Shown here: one piece after another, positions 41,990-52,819 of the stretch | How positions within the stretch are numbered: position 1 is the first letter of the stretch | Layout: each line of letters begins with the position of its first letter | Assembly: GCA_963662285.2 (NCBI GenBank) | Contig: CAXXMV010000001.1 | Span: forward strand, 1,189,080 to 1,253,079 | Length of the DNA: 64,000 nt | Direction: 5' to 3' | Origin: a bacterium | Lineage (GTDB): Bacteria; Hinthialibacterota; Hinthialibacteria; Hinthialibacterales; Hinthialibacteraceae | The notes under the pieces: model-generated | What the model was told of the DNA's origin: nothing | The model's database searches: none | Seen by the model: only the letters and a program-made list of their open reading frames with translations | Position numbers and translations under genes: made by a program

Positions 41990-42757
41990 ATGAAAGTTGT
42001 TATCCTGGCAGGCGGTTTGGGGACTCGGCTGGCCGAAGAGACAGAGATTAAACCAAAACCAATGGTTGAAATTGGCGGCAAGCCAATTATCTGGCATATT
42101 ATGAAGCATTACGCCCACTATGGTTTTAAGGAATTCTATGTCTCTCTGGGCTATAAAGGTGAATACATCAAGAAATATTTCTTGGAATATACAAGCGTCC
42201 AAGGCAATTTAACCGTAAATTTAGCAACGGGAGAACACAAGTTCCATAAAAAATCATCCAATGACTGGATTATTCATCTGATAGATACCGGATTAGATAG
42301 TAATACGGGAGGCCGCGTACGCCGTTTGAAACCCTGGCTGGAAGATGAAACGTTCATGGTTACTTATGGAGATGGAGTAAGTAATGTTAATCTTCATGAG
42401 TTGCTGGATTTCCATAAATCTCACGGCCTTTGCGGAACCGTATCAGCGGTTCGGCCTCCGGCCCGTTTTGGCGGTCTGATATTTGAGGGAAAAAAAGTAA
42501 AAAAATTTACTGAAAAATCCCAAACTGCTGAAGGTTGGATTAATGGCGGATTTTTGGTGTTTGAACCTCAAATATTTGATTATTTAGATAATGATAATAC
42601 TGGTCTTGAAGCAGATACATTAGAACGCCTCGCTACGAATGGTCAATTGGCGGCTTATCAGCATTTTGGATTTTGGCAGTGTATGGATACGGTTCGAGAC
42701 AGAATGCGCTTAAACGAAATGTGGGATAACAATCAAGCTAAGTGGAAAATTTGGTAA
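41990..42757 (+). CDS. rfbF: Glucose-1-phosphate cytidylyltransferase
   Basis: LAGGLGTRLAEET..KPKPMVEIGG, TGGRV, TYGDG, INGGF and GFWQCMDT motifs. Confidence 0.96.
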   Translation: MKVVILAGGLGTRLAEETEIKPKPMVEIGGKPIIWHIMKHYAHYGFKEFYVSLGYKGEYIKKYFLEYTSVQGNLTVNLATGEHKFHKKSSNDWIIHLIDTGLDSNTGGRVRRLKPWLEDETFMVTYGDGVSNVNLHELLDFHKSHGLCGTVSAVRPPARFGGLIFEGKKVKKFTEKSQTAEGWINGGFLVFEPQIFDYLDNDNTGLEADTLERLATNGQLAAYQHFGFWQCMDTVRDRMRLNEMWDNNQAKWKIW

Positions 42758-42843
42758 ATGATTCTTTTGGGATTACTTAAAACGATCCATAACTTCAGAG
42801 ATTATTAACCTTTTCAACTTTTTTCAGAATTATCGAGACTGTA

Positions 42844-43920
42844 ATGTTAGTGAATCCAAATTTTTGGGAAGACAAAAAAGTATTATTAACCGGCCACACT
42901 GGATTTAAAGGTTCCTGGCTCTGTTTATGGCTGCGTATGCTCAATGCCGAAATCATTGGTTTAAGTCTAAGTAATTCCAGTACGCCCAGCATGTTCGATC
43001 ATTGGAACCTCAGTCAGGAAATTGACTTTATTGAGGGTGATATCCGGGACGAAAATCTGGTTAGAGATGTTGTTGCGTCTCACCAACCGGAAATAGTTAT
43101 CCATATGGCGGCCCAAGCCCTTGTCCGGCAATCATATAAACAACCTGTTCAAACCTATGCAACTAATATCATGGGCACGGTTCATGTCCTCGATGCCATC
43201 CGGCAATCTGAATCGGTTAAAGCAGCACTAATAATAAGCAGCGATAAATGTTATGAAAACGTGAATTCCCTATGGGGATATCGTGAAACTGATCCGTTTG
43301 GCGGACATGATCCATACTCAAGCAGCAAAGGATGTGTTGAACTGGTAACCAACGCCTATCGGCAATCCTTTTTTCTGGATGCTCAAAATCCTCCATTTAT
43401 TGCTTCAGCCCGTGCCGGAAATGTTATCGGTGGAGGGGATTGGTCGGATGATCGGTTAATCCCGGATATAATTCGCGCCTGGAATTCCAGCCAGAAGGTG
43501 CAAATTCGTTATCCGAATGCCATCCGCCCATGGCAACATGTTATTGACGTTCTAAACGGATATTTGCTACTTGTGGAAAAACTGTATATTGAAGGCAATA
43601 ATTATTGCGGAGGGTGGAATTTTGGTCCTCTGCCTCACGAAGCAAAAACAGTAGAATGGATTGTTAGAGAATCGAGCAAAATATGGGGCGTAGAATCTGA
43701 ATTTTATTGCAGTTCTTCCCTGGAACCGGAGGAAGCGCACTCCATAATTTTAGATTGCACCAAGGCCAGAAGACAGCTGGATTGGGCGCCGCATTTGTCC
43801 TTGCCTATAGCGCTTCAATGGACGATGGAATGGTATAAAGACTATTATGCCAATCCGGATGAAAACCTGAATTTTAGCCAAAACCAAATCAACCAATTTT
43901 TCAAATTACAATCATCATGA
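42844..43920 (+). CDS. rfbG: CDP-glucose 4,6-dehydratase
   Basis: TGHTGFKGSWL, HMAAQALV, SDKCYEN, DPYSSSK, RAGNVIGGGDW and RPWQHV motifs. Confidence 0.96.
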   Translation: MLVNPNFWEDKKVLLTGHTGFKGSWLCLWLRMLNAEIIGLSLSNSSTPSMFDHWNLSQEIDFIEGDIRDENLVRDVVASHQPEIVIHMAAQALVRQSYKQPVQTYATNIMGTVHVLDAIRQSESVKAALIISSDKCYENVNSLWGYRETDPFGGHDPYSSSKGCVELVTNAYRQSFFLDAQNPPFIASARAGNVIGGGDWSDDRLIPDIIRAWNSSQKVQIRYPNAIRPWQHVIDVLNGYLLLVEKLYIEGNNYCGGWNFGPLPHEAKTVEWIVRESSKIWGVESEFYCSSSLEPEEAHSIILDCTKARRQLDWAPHLSLPIALQWTMEWYKDYYANPDENLNFSQNQINQFFKLQSS

Positions 43921-45152
43921 AAATGCTCAAATGCCGTTTTTGTCAAACGCCGCTGCAACATGTCTTTATCGATCTAGGTTTATCGCCTTTAGCGAATGGT
44001 TATCTAACGGCGGATGAATTATCCTCTTCTCAAACATACTATCCTCTCCAGGTCTTTATTTGCTCCAAATGCCTGTTGGTTCAATTGCCCGATACTGTAT
44101 CACCGGAAATCCTTTTTAAAGAGTATTTATATTTTTCCTCTTATTCGGATACATGGCTTACCCATGCCCGGAATTACGCTCAGGATATGATTAAACGATT
44201 TAACCTATCTTCAAGCAATCTTGTGATAGAAGTTGCCAGCAATGATGGTTATCTTCTTCAATATTTTCAACAGAAACAGATACCTGTTCTTGGTATTGAA
44301 CCAGCAGAAAATGTCGCGAATGCAGCCATCAAGAAGGGGATTCCCACAAAAAAAAACTTTTTAGGTGAACAAACTGCCCAAGCAATCGCGTGCGCAGCAA
44401 CCCAGGCCGATCTTTTAATTGGCAACAATGTGTTAGCTCATGTTCCTGATTTGAATGATTTTATCAAGGGATTAAAATTGTTGCTTGCTCCTGATGGAGT
44501 GCTAACTCTGGAGTTTCCCTATCTGCTCGATTTACTAAAGAATCATCAATTCGACACGATCTATCATGAACATTTTTCGTATTTCTCTTTTCTTTCAGTA
44601 GAAAAATGCTTAAACCATCACGGCTTTGATATTTTCGATGTGGAACAATTACCGACTCATGGCGGATCGTTGCGCCTTTATATCAAGCATCAGGATAATA
44701 AAGCCCATTCACTAACCGGCAATCCAGATATCTTGCGTAAAAAAGAGCAGGAAACCGGCTTGAACCAGTTAGACTTTTTCGCCTCCTTCGCCGCAGAGAT
44801 AGAGACAATCAAGATGCGGCTCTTGCAATTTTTACTGGAGGCGAAACAGAACCATAAAACAGTAGTGGGCTATGGCGCTCCGGCCAAAGGTAATACCTTG
44901 CTTAATTATTGTGGAATCCGCTCTGATTTAGTGTCGTTTACTGTGGATCGTAATCCTGAAAAACAGCATCATTACCTGCCCGGTAGTCAAATTCCAATTC
45001 AACCGGTTGATAGTCTATATGAGTTTCAACCGGATTACCTGTTGATATTACCCTGGAATATCAAAGATGAGATAATTGATCAAATGAGCGGCGTCAGAGA
45101 ATGGGGCGGCAAATTTGTTATAGCGATTCCTGAATTGACCATTATTCCTTAA
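43917..45152 (+). CDS. NDP-hexose C-methyltransferase family protein
   Basis: CRFC zinc site, DLGxSPLAN, EVASNDGYLL, FDTIYHEH, THGGSLR, GYGAPAKGNT and LPWN motifs. Confidence 0.9.
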   Translation: MKMLKCRFCQTPLQHVFIDLGLSPLANGYLTADELSSSQTYYPLQVFICSKCLLVQLPDTVSPEILFKEYLYFSSYSDTWLTHARNYAQDMIKRFNLSSSNLVIEVASNDGYLLQYFQQKQIPVLGIEPAENVANAAIKKGIPTKKNFLGEQTAQAIACAATQADLLIGNNVLAHVPDLNDFIKGLKLLLAPDGVLTLEFPYLLDLLKNHQFDTIYHEHFSYFSFLSVEKCLNHHGFDIFDVEQLPTHGGSLRLYIKHQDNKAHSLTGNPDILRKKEQETGLNQLDFFASFAAEIETIKMRLLQFLLEAKQNHKTVVGYGAPAKGNTLLNYCGIRSDLVSFTVDRNPEKQHHYLPGSQIPIQPVDSLYEFQPDYLLILPWNIKDEIIDQMSGVREWGGKFVIAIPELTIIP

Positions 45153-45190
45153 AATTAATATAAAGAACTTTTAGTCCGGCGGAATCAAAA

Positions 45191-45748
45191 ATGAAAATAG
45201 AAAATTTACCTTTTGCGGGCTGTTATGTGATTGAATGGGAAGCGTTTGAAGATGAGAGAGGATTATTCTCAAGGCTTTTCTGCTTAAAAGAGTTTCAACT
45301 CCATCACTTAAACCACTCCATTCAACAAATCAATATTTCTCAGAATTTGCATAAAGGAACTTTAAGAGGAATGCACTACCAAGCCGCTCCGTATGAAGAA
45401 GAAAAAGTGGTTTTTGGTTTAACTGGTTTAATATATGATGTTCTGTTGGATCTCCGTCCTGACTCGCCAACCTACAAACAATGGTGTTCGGTGTTGCTTG
45501 AAGGATATGGCGTAACTTCCTCGAAAACAGTACGAGGCGTTTATATTCCCAAAGGCGTCGCTCATGGATTTCAAACAATGAGTGATGCTTGTCAACTACT
45601 CTATCTGATGTTTGAGAATTATCACCCGGAAAATGCCAGGGGCGTTCGTTGGAATGACCCTGCTTTTTTAATTTGTTGGCCATTGGATGTATCATCAATT
45701 TCCCAAAAAGACTCTTCGTATGCTTTATTTAAAGACCAAGTTAGATAA
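45191..45748 (+). CDS. rfbC: NDP-4-keto-6-deoxyhexose 3,5-epimerase (RmlC-like)
   Basis: DERGLF, GTLRGMHYQ, DLRPDSPT, AHGFQT and RWNDP motifs. Confidence 0.9.
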   Translation: MKIENLPFAGCYVIEWEAFEDERGLFSRLFCLKEFQLHHLNHSIQQINISQNLHKGTLRGMHYQAAPYEEEKVVFGLTGLIYDVLLDLRPDSPTYKQWCSVLLEGYGVTSSKTVRGVYIPKGVAHGFQTMSDACQLLYLMFENYHPENARGVRWNDPAFLICWPLDVSSISQKDSSYALFKDQVR

Positions 45749-45821
45749 TCAACCCCCATGTTGTTGAGAATCACTCTAGTAAGCAGTTTGTTAAGATAAT
45801 AAAAGGAATGAGATTATTTCG

Positions 45822-46652
45822 ATGAAAGTTTTGGTTACCGGAGCTACAGGTTTCATAGGCCGCCATATAATGCCTATCCTTCTTGAACGGGGACATCAAA
45901 TCACAGTTCTGGCTCGGAATGAAAACAAAGCCAGAGAATTTGACTGGTATCCATACATCCGATTTATATCATTTGATATTCTGGATACTTTGGCTTGCAT
46001 TCCTCCCGATTTGGGAGAGAATGACGCAATTATTCACTTGGCATGGTCCGGTCTACCCAACTATAAGTCTCTTTTTCATTTCGAACGAAACCTCCCCGCA
46101 GACTACCGTTTTCTGAAATCCGTTATAGAAGCCGGAATTAAACAGGTTTTGGTATCGGGTACCTGTATGGAATATGGTATGCAATCCGGCTTCCTCTCCG
46201 AAGACATGCCAACCCATCCGGCTAATCCATACGCCCTGGCCAAGGATACGTTACGCAAGTTTCTTGAAGCGCTGCACAAAGAAACGCCTTTCAACCTGCA
46301 ATGGGCAAGACTTTTCTATATTTATGGTAAGGGACAAAATCCCAATAGCCTGTTAGCGCAACTTGATCGAGCCATTGATAAAGGAGACGAGGTTTTTAAC
46401 ATGTCGGGGGGTGAACAGTTGCGGGATTATTTACCGGTGACTGAAGCGGTAGTTCAATTAACTGGTCTTTTAGAACATGCAGAGAAGCATGGACCAGTCA
46501 ACATTTGCAGCGGTACAGCAATATCCATCCTCGAACTTGTTATGAATCATATTGCTGATCGCGGGGCGGAGATCAAATTAAATCCCGGTTATTATCCTTA
46601 TCCAGTTGATGAGCCTATGGTGTTCTGGGGTAAAAAAAGCGTAGATTATTGA
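45822..46652 (+). CDS. NAD-dependent epimerase/4-ketoreductase
   Basis: [18 protein letters not shown] and GEQLRDY motifs. Confidence 0.88.
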   Translation: MKVLVTGATGFIGRHIMPILLERGHQITVLARNENKAREFDWYPYIRFISFDILDTLACIPPDLGENDAIIHLAWSGLPNYKSLFHFERNLPADYRFLKSVIEAGIKQVLVSGTCMEYGMQSGFLSEDMPTHPANPYALAKDTLRKFLEALHKETPFNLQWARLFYIYGKGQNPNSLLAQLDRAIDKGDEVFNMSGGEQLRDYLPVTEAVVQLTGLLEHAEKHGPVNICSGTAISILELVMNHIADRGAEIKLNPGYYPYPVDEPMVFWGKKSVDY

Positions 46653-46781
46653 AGAAATAGCCAAGAAACCATCCCGAAAGATTATCCTGACAATCGTCCT
46701 ATTCATTAGAATTACGCGAATCCCGCAATTACAGTTAAGCAATCTCGAAAAAAGTCGATATATAGAGGCAAAGGATTAAAA

Positions 46782-47987
46782 ATGAATGCCATGAACCATC
46801 AAGATTCCATTCCCAAAGTATGTGTTGCTTTACCTGTTTTAAATGGCGAAAAAGATTTTGAGGGCGCTCTTGTATCGATTATCGAGCAGGATTATGAAGA
46901 CTTGGATATATTAATATGCGACAATGGATCAACTGATAAAACACCCGAGATTTACAATAAGTATGCTGCGCAAGACAAACGGATCAGGATATCATGGGCT
47001 GATAATTTAGATAGACCTACACGTAGTTTTAACCGGGGCTTTTATTGGAATCTCGGTCGATCCCCCTATTTTATGTGGGCGGCCAGTGATGATCGAAGAG
47101 ATCCATCTTTTATAAGTAAATGCGTGGATGTTTTGGACAATGATCCTAATGTAGCCCTCGTCTATTCATATACTCGTTTTATTGATGATGACGGTAACAC
47201 TATTGGTCATCATCAAGATCCTTTTGATTTAACTAAAGACACTCCAGCAGAACGCTATGTGGAATTGGTTGGCAGGTTGGGGTATTGCAATTGTTTTTAT
47301 GGATTATATCGAAGTGATATGCTCGCCCTAACTTCTGTCTTTGATAATATAAGATCTGGAATTGATGCACTGATGCTCACAGAACTCTTGTTTCATGGTA
47401 AAATCGTTCAGATTCCAGAACCGCTTTTTTATCGAAATATGCATCTAGCATTTATTGAGCCTGGAGAAAGACAACAGAATCCCACTAAATTGTCCGAAAA
47501 AGGTTTTTATCCACCTGGAACCGGTATTTGTTGTCCTTATCTGGATTATGTTTTGCAATATTTTGAAATTGTAAGACTAGCGCCCATTTCACCTGAGGAG
47601 AAACCTAAACTGTTTCAGACGACGCGCGAGAGAATCACGCAAGGCGCCCATTTTAATAAGATCAAACCAGAGATAGATCGAGTCATTCAACTGGTTCTGC
47701 AAAACAAATTTTATGAAGAATGGAATACCTGTCGATATGAGATCAATGTTACTCCAGAATGGAACAGTTATGCCCGGCCTTATTACCTGACGCAATTGAT
47801 TCACATACTGGATAATTGTTTGTTTTTATATCCAAATTATTCAGGTTTACAAACCGCCCGGGCAGTTTGTTTGTTCTATATGGGTCGTGCAGAAGAAGCG
47901 AAGAAAGTCCTGGAGATAGAGTTGAAAAAGAATCCCCAAATGCAAGTCGCACAAGAATTACTGCAAAAATTATCGAACATGCTCTAG
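46782..47987 (+). CDS. GT2 glycosyltransferase with C-terminal TPR-like region
   Basis: LPVLNGE, ICDNGSTD and FMWAASDD motifs; C-terminal ARAVCLFYMGRAEEAKKVLEIEL..NP. Confidence 0.88.
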   Translation: MNAMNHQDSIPKVCVALPVLNGEKDFEGALVSIIEQDYEDLDILICDNGSTDKTPEIYNKYAAQDKRIRISWADNLDRPTRSFNRGFYWNLGRSPYFMWAASDDRRDPSFISKCVDVLDNDPNVALVYSYTRFIDDDGNTIGHHQDPFDLTKDTPAERYVELVGRLGYCNCFYGLYRSDMLALTSVFDNIRSGIDALMLTELLFHGKIVQIPEPLFYRNMHLAFIEPGERQQNPTKLSEKGFYPPGTGICCPYLDYVLQYFEIVRLAPISPEEKPKLFQTTRERITQGAHFNKIKPEIDRVIQLVLQNKFYEEWNTCRYEINVTPEWNSYARPYYLTQLIHILDNCLFLYPNYSGLQTARAVCLFYMGRAEEAKKVLEIELKKNPQMQVAQELLQKLSNML

Positions 47988-48105
47988 AGTGTTCCGTGCA
48001 TACTAAACCAATGTTATGTTTGAGAAACGTTCTGAATTCTTTTACAAATTTTCTGCAAAAATTATTCGATAATATTTGTATGAAATCACTTAGAGAGATT
48101 TATAT

Positions 48106-49134
48106 ATGAAAGCGCATATTAAACCACGAATTAACTTGGAAGGTAGGACGCCTTTACAAGAAGTTATTCCTTTAACAACGCCTTTTGTTCTATTTGTAGA
48201 TCCGGCGAGTGCATGCAATTTTCAATGTACTTTCTGTCCAACAGGTGATAGAGAACTGATTAAAGAGACTGGCCGTTTTCAAGGAAGAATGAAACTCGAA
48301 TTGTTTAAAAAGGTGATTGATGACCTGGCGGATTTTGATCAGCCCATCAAAGTTTTGCGAATGTATAAAGATGGAGAACCATTTTTAAATAACCATCTTG
48401 CCGACATGATTGATTATGCGAAGAAATGTGGATCAATCGATTATATAGATACTACGACCAATGGTTCTATGCTTGAACCTGAACGTATCAATTCTGTTAT
48501 TGAAGCCGGTTTGGATAAACTTAACATTTCTGTCAATGGCATGAATAAAGAACAATATAAAAATTTTACTCACTTTGATTTCGATTTTGATCAATGTATC
48601 AAAAATGTTCGTCTGGTTTATGAGAATAAAGGGAATTGTGAAATTGTGATTAAGATTCCCAATGAGTTGATTTCTGAAAAACAAAAGGTTGAGTTCTTTA
48701 ATGTCTTTGGAGATTATTGCGACCGTATATTTATTGAAAATTTCGCACCATGCTGGCCCGAATTTGATGTAGAAGAAAGAACAGGTATAACCATAACCAA
48801 AGGAATTTATGATCAAGCCATCACTTACACAGAAACCTGCCCCTATATTTTTTATGCTATGTCGGTTAATGCGGATGGCTTAGTCAGCGCTTGTTTCCTG
48901 GATTGGCAACGTAAATTGATCGTTGGTGATGTACGGTCTGAAAAACTGAGGTCTATCTGGAACTCGTCAGCGTTTAATAATTTACGTCTTCAGCATTTAG
49001 AAAATAAACGCAGCGGCAATTCTGTATGTAGTCAATGTGGACAACTTACCCATTGTTTGCCCGATAATATTGATGCGTACAGAAAAATCCTTTTACCGAA
49101 ATTCAAAAAATCCATTAATGATGGAAGCGCTTGA
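48106..49134 (+). CDS. Radical SAM / SPASM-domain protein
   Basis: CNFQCTFC, GEP and TTNG motifs; C-terminal CPYIF...C...CSQC. Confidence 0.9.
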   Translation: MKAHIKPRINLEGRTPLQEVIPLTTPFVLFVDPASACNFQCTFCPTGDRELIKETGRFQGRMKLELFKKVIDDLADFDQPIKVLRMYKDGEPFLNNHLADMIDYAKKCGSIDYIDTTTNGSMLEPERINSVIEAGLDKLNISVNGMNKEQYKNFTHFDFDFDQCIKNVRLVYENKGNCEIVIKIPNELISEKQKVEFFNVFGDYCDRIFIENFAPCWPEFDVEERTGITITKGIYDQAITYTETCPYIFYAMSVNADGLVSACFLDWQRKLIVGDVRSEKLRSIWNSSAFNNLRLQHLENKRSGNSVCSQCGQLTHCLPDNIDAYRKILLPKFKKSINDGSA

Positions 49135-49150
49135 TGGAGTGAAACCCCAA

Positions 49151-50449
49151 ATGAAGATTCTCCATATTGCAGCTCATTTGGGCGGTGGAGTAGGCAAAGC
49201 CTTAAGTGGACTACTATCCTGTTCGAAATCTAATGATCAACACTCAATAGTATGCCTGGAACATCCGGAAAAAGATCAGTTCATTCATCAAATTCGTCAA
49301 GCGGGTGTTGAATTAATCCTTGCGCCAAGCGATGATCAACTCGCTTCCATAGTTGAGGCGGCGGATATAGTACAACTGGAATGGTGGAATCATCCTGCAA
49401 CCATAAAAAATTTGTGCATACTTTCAGGTATACCTCTGCGCTTAGTGGTTTGGAGCCATGTATCGGGATTATCGACTCCAATTATCCCTGAAGAATTAAT
49501 TCGTGCGGCGATGCGTTTTTTGTTTACATCGAAATGTTCTTACCAAGCCGCAGTTGTTAAGAATATGCTTACTGAAAAGGGTGACCGGTTCAACGTCGCA
49601 TCCAGCTGCGGCGGATTTGACAAGTTTCCTCTGCCGGGTGAATGCTTAAATGACCAATTACGTGTTGGATATATAGGCAGCCTGAATTTCGCGAAATTAC
49701 ATCCCCGTTTTGTAGATTTTTTTGCCGCCGTAAATCTTCCTGATTTGAAAGTCGCCATGATAGGGGATTTGACAAATCAGAAAATTTTGCTTCATCAAGC
49801 CCGGCAGATTGGCAAACCTGATTTGTTTGAGTTTATGGATTATGTATATGATGTTCCTGAAGCGCTCAAATCGATAAATGTACTTGCTTATCTACTAAAT
49901 CCCAAGCATTATGGAACAACGGAAAATGCGCTTTTAGAAGCAATGGCCATGGGCATTGTTCCCATCGTTATGGATAATCCTGCTGAACAACAGATTGTTG
50001 TAAACAGAGAGACGGGAATTATTGTACACTCTCCAGAGGAATTCGCTCAAGCATTGTCGGAATTACATTCTAATCCAACTCTCCGGCAAAGAATGGGTGA
50101 ACAAGCTGCCAGGGATATTCGAACGAAATACCGCCCCGAACAAACAAAGGAACTATTGCATAATTTGTATCATTCCATCTCACCGCAAGAAAAAGAAGGC
50201 GTGGATTTTCAGAAAATTTTCGGCTCGAATCCAGTAGATTGGTTTCTGTGTTGTCAACAAGATAAAGAAATATTTCAAAGTAATGGAATTATTGATTATG
50301 ATATTAATGACTTGACCTATTATGGGTTGATCGAAAATAAAAAGGGGAGCGTCATACATTTTCATCAGCATTTCCCCGAGAATCAATGCTTGGGAAAATG
50401 GAAATTAGATTTGGAGATTCTGGCTCGAAATCAGAGGATTCATAGTTAA
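49151..50449 (+). CDS. GT4-type glycosyltransferase
   Basis: MKILHIAAHLGGGVG start; GYIGS and ENALLEAMAMGIVPI motifs. Start set at ATG 49151. Confidence 0.85.
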   Translation: MKILHIAAHLGGGVGKALSGLLSCSKSNDQHSIVCLEHPEKDQFIHQIRQAGVELILAPSDDQLASIVEAADIVQLEWWNHPATIKNLCILSGIPLRLVVWSHVSGLSTPIIPEELIRAAMRFLFTSKCSYQAAVVKNMLTEKGDRFNVASSCGGFDKFPLPGECLNDQLRVGYIGSLNFAKLHPRFVDFFAAVNLPDLKVAMIGDLTNQKILLHQARQIGKPDLFEFMDYVYDVPEALKSINVLAYLLNPKHYGTTENALLEAMAMGIVPIVMDNPAEQQIVVNRETGIIVHSPEEFAQALSELHSNPTLRQRMGEQAARDIRTKYRPEQTKELLHNLYHSISPQEKEGVDFQKIFGSNPVDWFLCCQQDKEIFQSNGIIDYDINDLTYYGLIENKKGSVIHFHQHFPENQCLGKWKLDLEILARNQRIHS

Positions 50450-50529
50450 AATAATGACAATAAATCTAAGATGAAAGATTGAACAAACAGTAACAGTATC
50501 TTCTTTACTTTTTTACTGTTTCTTTATAG

Positions 50530-51753
50530 ATGGAGAAAATGATGAGTATTAAGAAAAGTCTTGAACAAAAATATCCATTGATTTCCATGAAACGGAACTG
50601 TCCCGTTTGTCAAAATACCAAGGGGCTGACTTTAGGGAATCTCAAATTTTCTCTTTTTGATGATGATAAACTGTCAAGATATTTCGATGTTGTATCGTGT
50701 GATTTATGTGGATTGGTTTTTTTGGATACATCATCCACTCAAGAGGATTATAATCAATTCTATGCACGTAGTTTTTATAGCACCTCATTCCTGTTCCGCA
50801 ACATTCCTCATGAAGAACAACGTTATTTTGATGAAACTGTTCGTATTATCCATGAAATTATTCCAGACAAAACCGTAAAACTATTTGATATCGGGTGTGG
50901 TATTGGATCGTTATTAAAATCCTTCAATAAACAAGGGTATATTAATCTCTATGCGGTTGATCCGGCAATATCATGTATTGAGGAACTAAAAAAATTTGAT
51001 TATATCAAAAGTGATGTGGGAAATCTCGCTCACCTTCCATTTTCGGATACGCAAGCTGATTTGATTATTCTTTCTCATATAATTGAACACATTATCGATC
51101 TACCAACCGTGATGCAGAACCTTCATCATAAATTATCCGATGATGGATTTTTGTATGTAGAAGTTCCTGATGCAACGCGTTATGAAGTTTTTAATCCTTC
51201 TTCACCACTTAGATTTTTCTACTTTCAACATGTGATTCACTTTAGTGAAATTCTTTTGAGTAATCTAATGGTTCGATTTGGTTTTAAAAAAATTCAGTGC
51301 GGGAAACGTGATCGGGTCGACAGTGGTTTTATTATGCCTTGCTTATGGGGAGTTTATAAAAAGTGTACGCCTGATTTTGACGCCATTCAATCCAATTATG
51401 ATCTAGGGAATCAAATTTCCAAGTGGTTCGATGATTACGCTTTTGATACTGATGGAGTACTCGGAGAACTAGTGAAGAATCAGACGCCTGTTTATATTTG
51501 GGGTATTGGCATCCACACTCAGATGATGTTAGCTATGAGTCCTTTGGGGCGATGCAACATTAAATACATGATCGATAAAGATGATCGAATTCAAAACAAA
51601 ACGATTGATGGTAGAAAAATTTATCCTATCGATAAACTGTTAGAAGCAACTGAAAACGATACAGTTATTATTGGTCCTATCACTCATGGAGAAGCCATGA
51701 AAAACTATTTGATAAACGATATAGGTTTCAAGGGCAAAGTTATGCAATTATGA
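50530..51753 (+). CDS. Class I SAM-dependent methyltransferase with N-terminal zinc ribbon
   Basis: CPVC...CDLCG, FDIGCGIG, SHIIEHI and YVEVPD motifs; C-terminal IWGIG Rossmann-like domain. Confidence 0.85.
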   Translation: MEKMMSIKKSLEQKYPLISMKRNCPVCQNTKGLTLGNLKFSLFDDDKLSRYFDVVSCDLCGLVFLDTSSTQEDYNQFYARSFYSTSFLFRNIPHEEQRYFDETVRIIHEIIPDKTVKLFDIGCGIGSLLKSFNKQGYINLYAVDPAISCIEELKKFDYIKSDVGNLAHLPFSDTQADLIILSHIIEHIIDLPTVMQNLHHKLSDDGFLYVEVPDATRYEVFNPSSPLRFFYFQHVIHFSEILLSNLMVRFGFKKIQCGKRDRVDSGFIMPCLWGVYKKCTPDFDAIQSNYDLGNQISKWFDDYAFDTDGVLGELVKNQTPVYIWGIGIHTQMMLAMSPLGRCNIKYMIDKDDRIQNKTIDGRKIYPIDKLLEATENDTVIIGPITHGEAMKNYLINDIGFKGKVMQL

Positions 51754-51773
51754 TTTTTTCAGAATGAATAAAC

Positions 51774-52529
51774 ATGAATTGTGGAGATTATGCAATGAAC
51801 GCAGATGAGATGAAATTTTTTACCGAAGTAGCGAATAATATCGCGAAAATAGGTGAAGATAAAGAATTAAAAAAACTGTCGCTTGAATGGTTGATCCAGG
51901 TTCAAAAATATAAGTATGCCCATAATTTTAGTTGGATGGGACGTCCTGTTATTCAATGTCCGCAGGATCTTATGGCTATGCAGGAAATTATTTGGCGAAC
52001 CAAACCTGATTTGATTATTGAAACAGGCATTGCTTTTGGCGGAAGTCTAGTTTTTTACGCCTCAATGCTTGAACTTATAGGTAAAGGAGAAGCGCTTGGA
52101 ATTGATATCGAAATTCGGCCTCATAATAAAAAGAAGATTGAAGATCATCCCATGTACAAACGTATTCGAATGATTGAGGGTTCTTCAGTGGATTCAGATA
52201 TCGTACAACAAGTCTATGAAATTGCCCAAGATAAAGAAAATGTATTAGTAGCATTCGATTCTAATCACACCCATGATCACGTTTTGGCTGAACTCATGGC
52301 TTATTCGCCGCTAGTAAAAAAAGGTAATTATATCGTTGTTTTCGATACGGGCATTGAAGATCTCCCTGCAGAAATCATTCCGAATCGACCGTGGGGAAAG
52401 GGTAATAATCCCAAAACAGCTGTTTGGGAATTTTTGAAAACCAATGATAATTTTGAGATTGACAAGGATATAGAAAATAAAATTCTTCTCACTACGGCGC
52501 CGGACGGATTTTTAAAGCGTGTATTATAG
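51774..52529 (+). CDS. CmcI / rhamnosyl O-methyltransferase family protein
   Basis: FSWMGRPVIQ.PQD, KPDLIIETGIA.GGS, DSNHTHDHV and PDGFLKR motifs. Confidence 0.9.
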   Translation: MNCGDYAMNADEMKFFTEVANNIAKIGEDKELKKLSLEWLIQVQKYKYAHNFSWMGRPVIQCPQDLMAMQEIIWRTKPDLIIETGIAFGGSLVFYASMLELIGKGEALGIDIEIRPHNKKKIEDHPMYKRIRMIEGSSVDSDIVQQVYEIAQDKENVLVAFDSNHTHDHVLAELMAYSPLVKKGNYIVVFDTGIEDLPAEIIPNRPWGKGNNPKTAVWEFLKTNDNFEIDKDIENKILLTTAPDGFLKRVL

Positions 52530-52699
52530 AAGATGTATAATCAGATAATTCGTATAAATATTTTGTGAAATCTACAAGGGTAAGAGTTATGTGTTCTTTT
52601 GATCTCTAACTTAGATTATGGCCTGCTACAGTTAACTTTTTCTCTATATCTTCAGAGCCTGTTAGCATGCTCTTTCTTTTATATATTTGACTACGCATT

Positions 52700-52743
52700 A
52701 TAGAGGTATCTGATATATATTCCTTCATAAAGAACCGCTCTAA
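52700..52743. repeat. TA-flanked palindromic element, degenerate copy
   Basis: tagaggtatc ... agaaccgctctaa. Confidence 0.5.
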
Positions 52744-52819
52744 TTAATACAGCGTAATAATAATCAGACTTGTAAATTTATGGAATGATTGATAATAAAT
52801 TAAAGGAAACTTACTATAT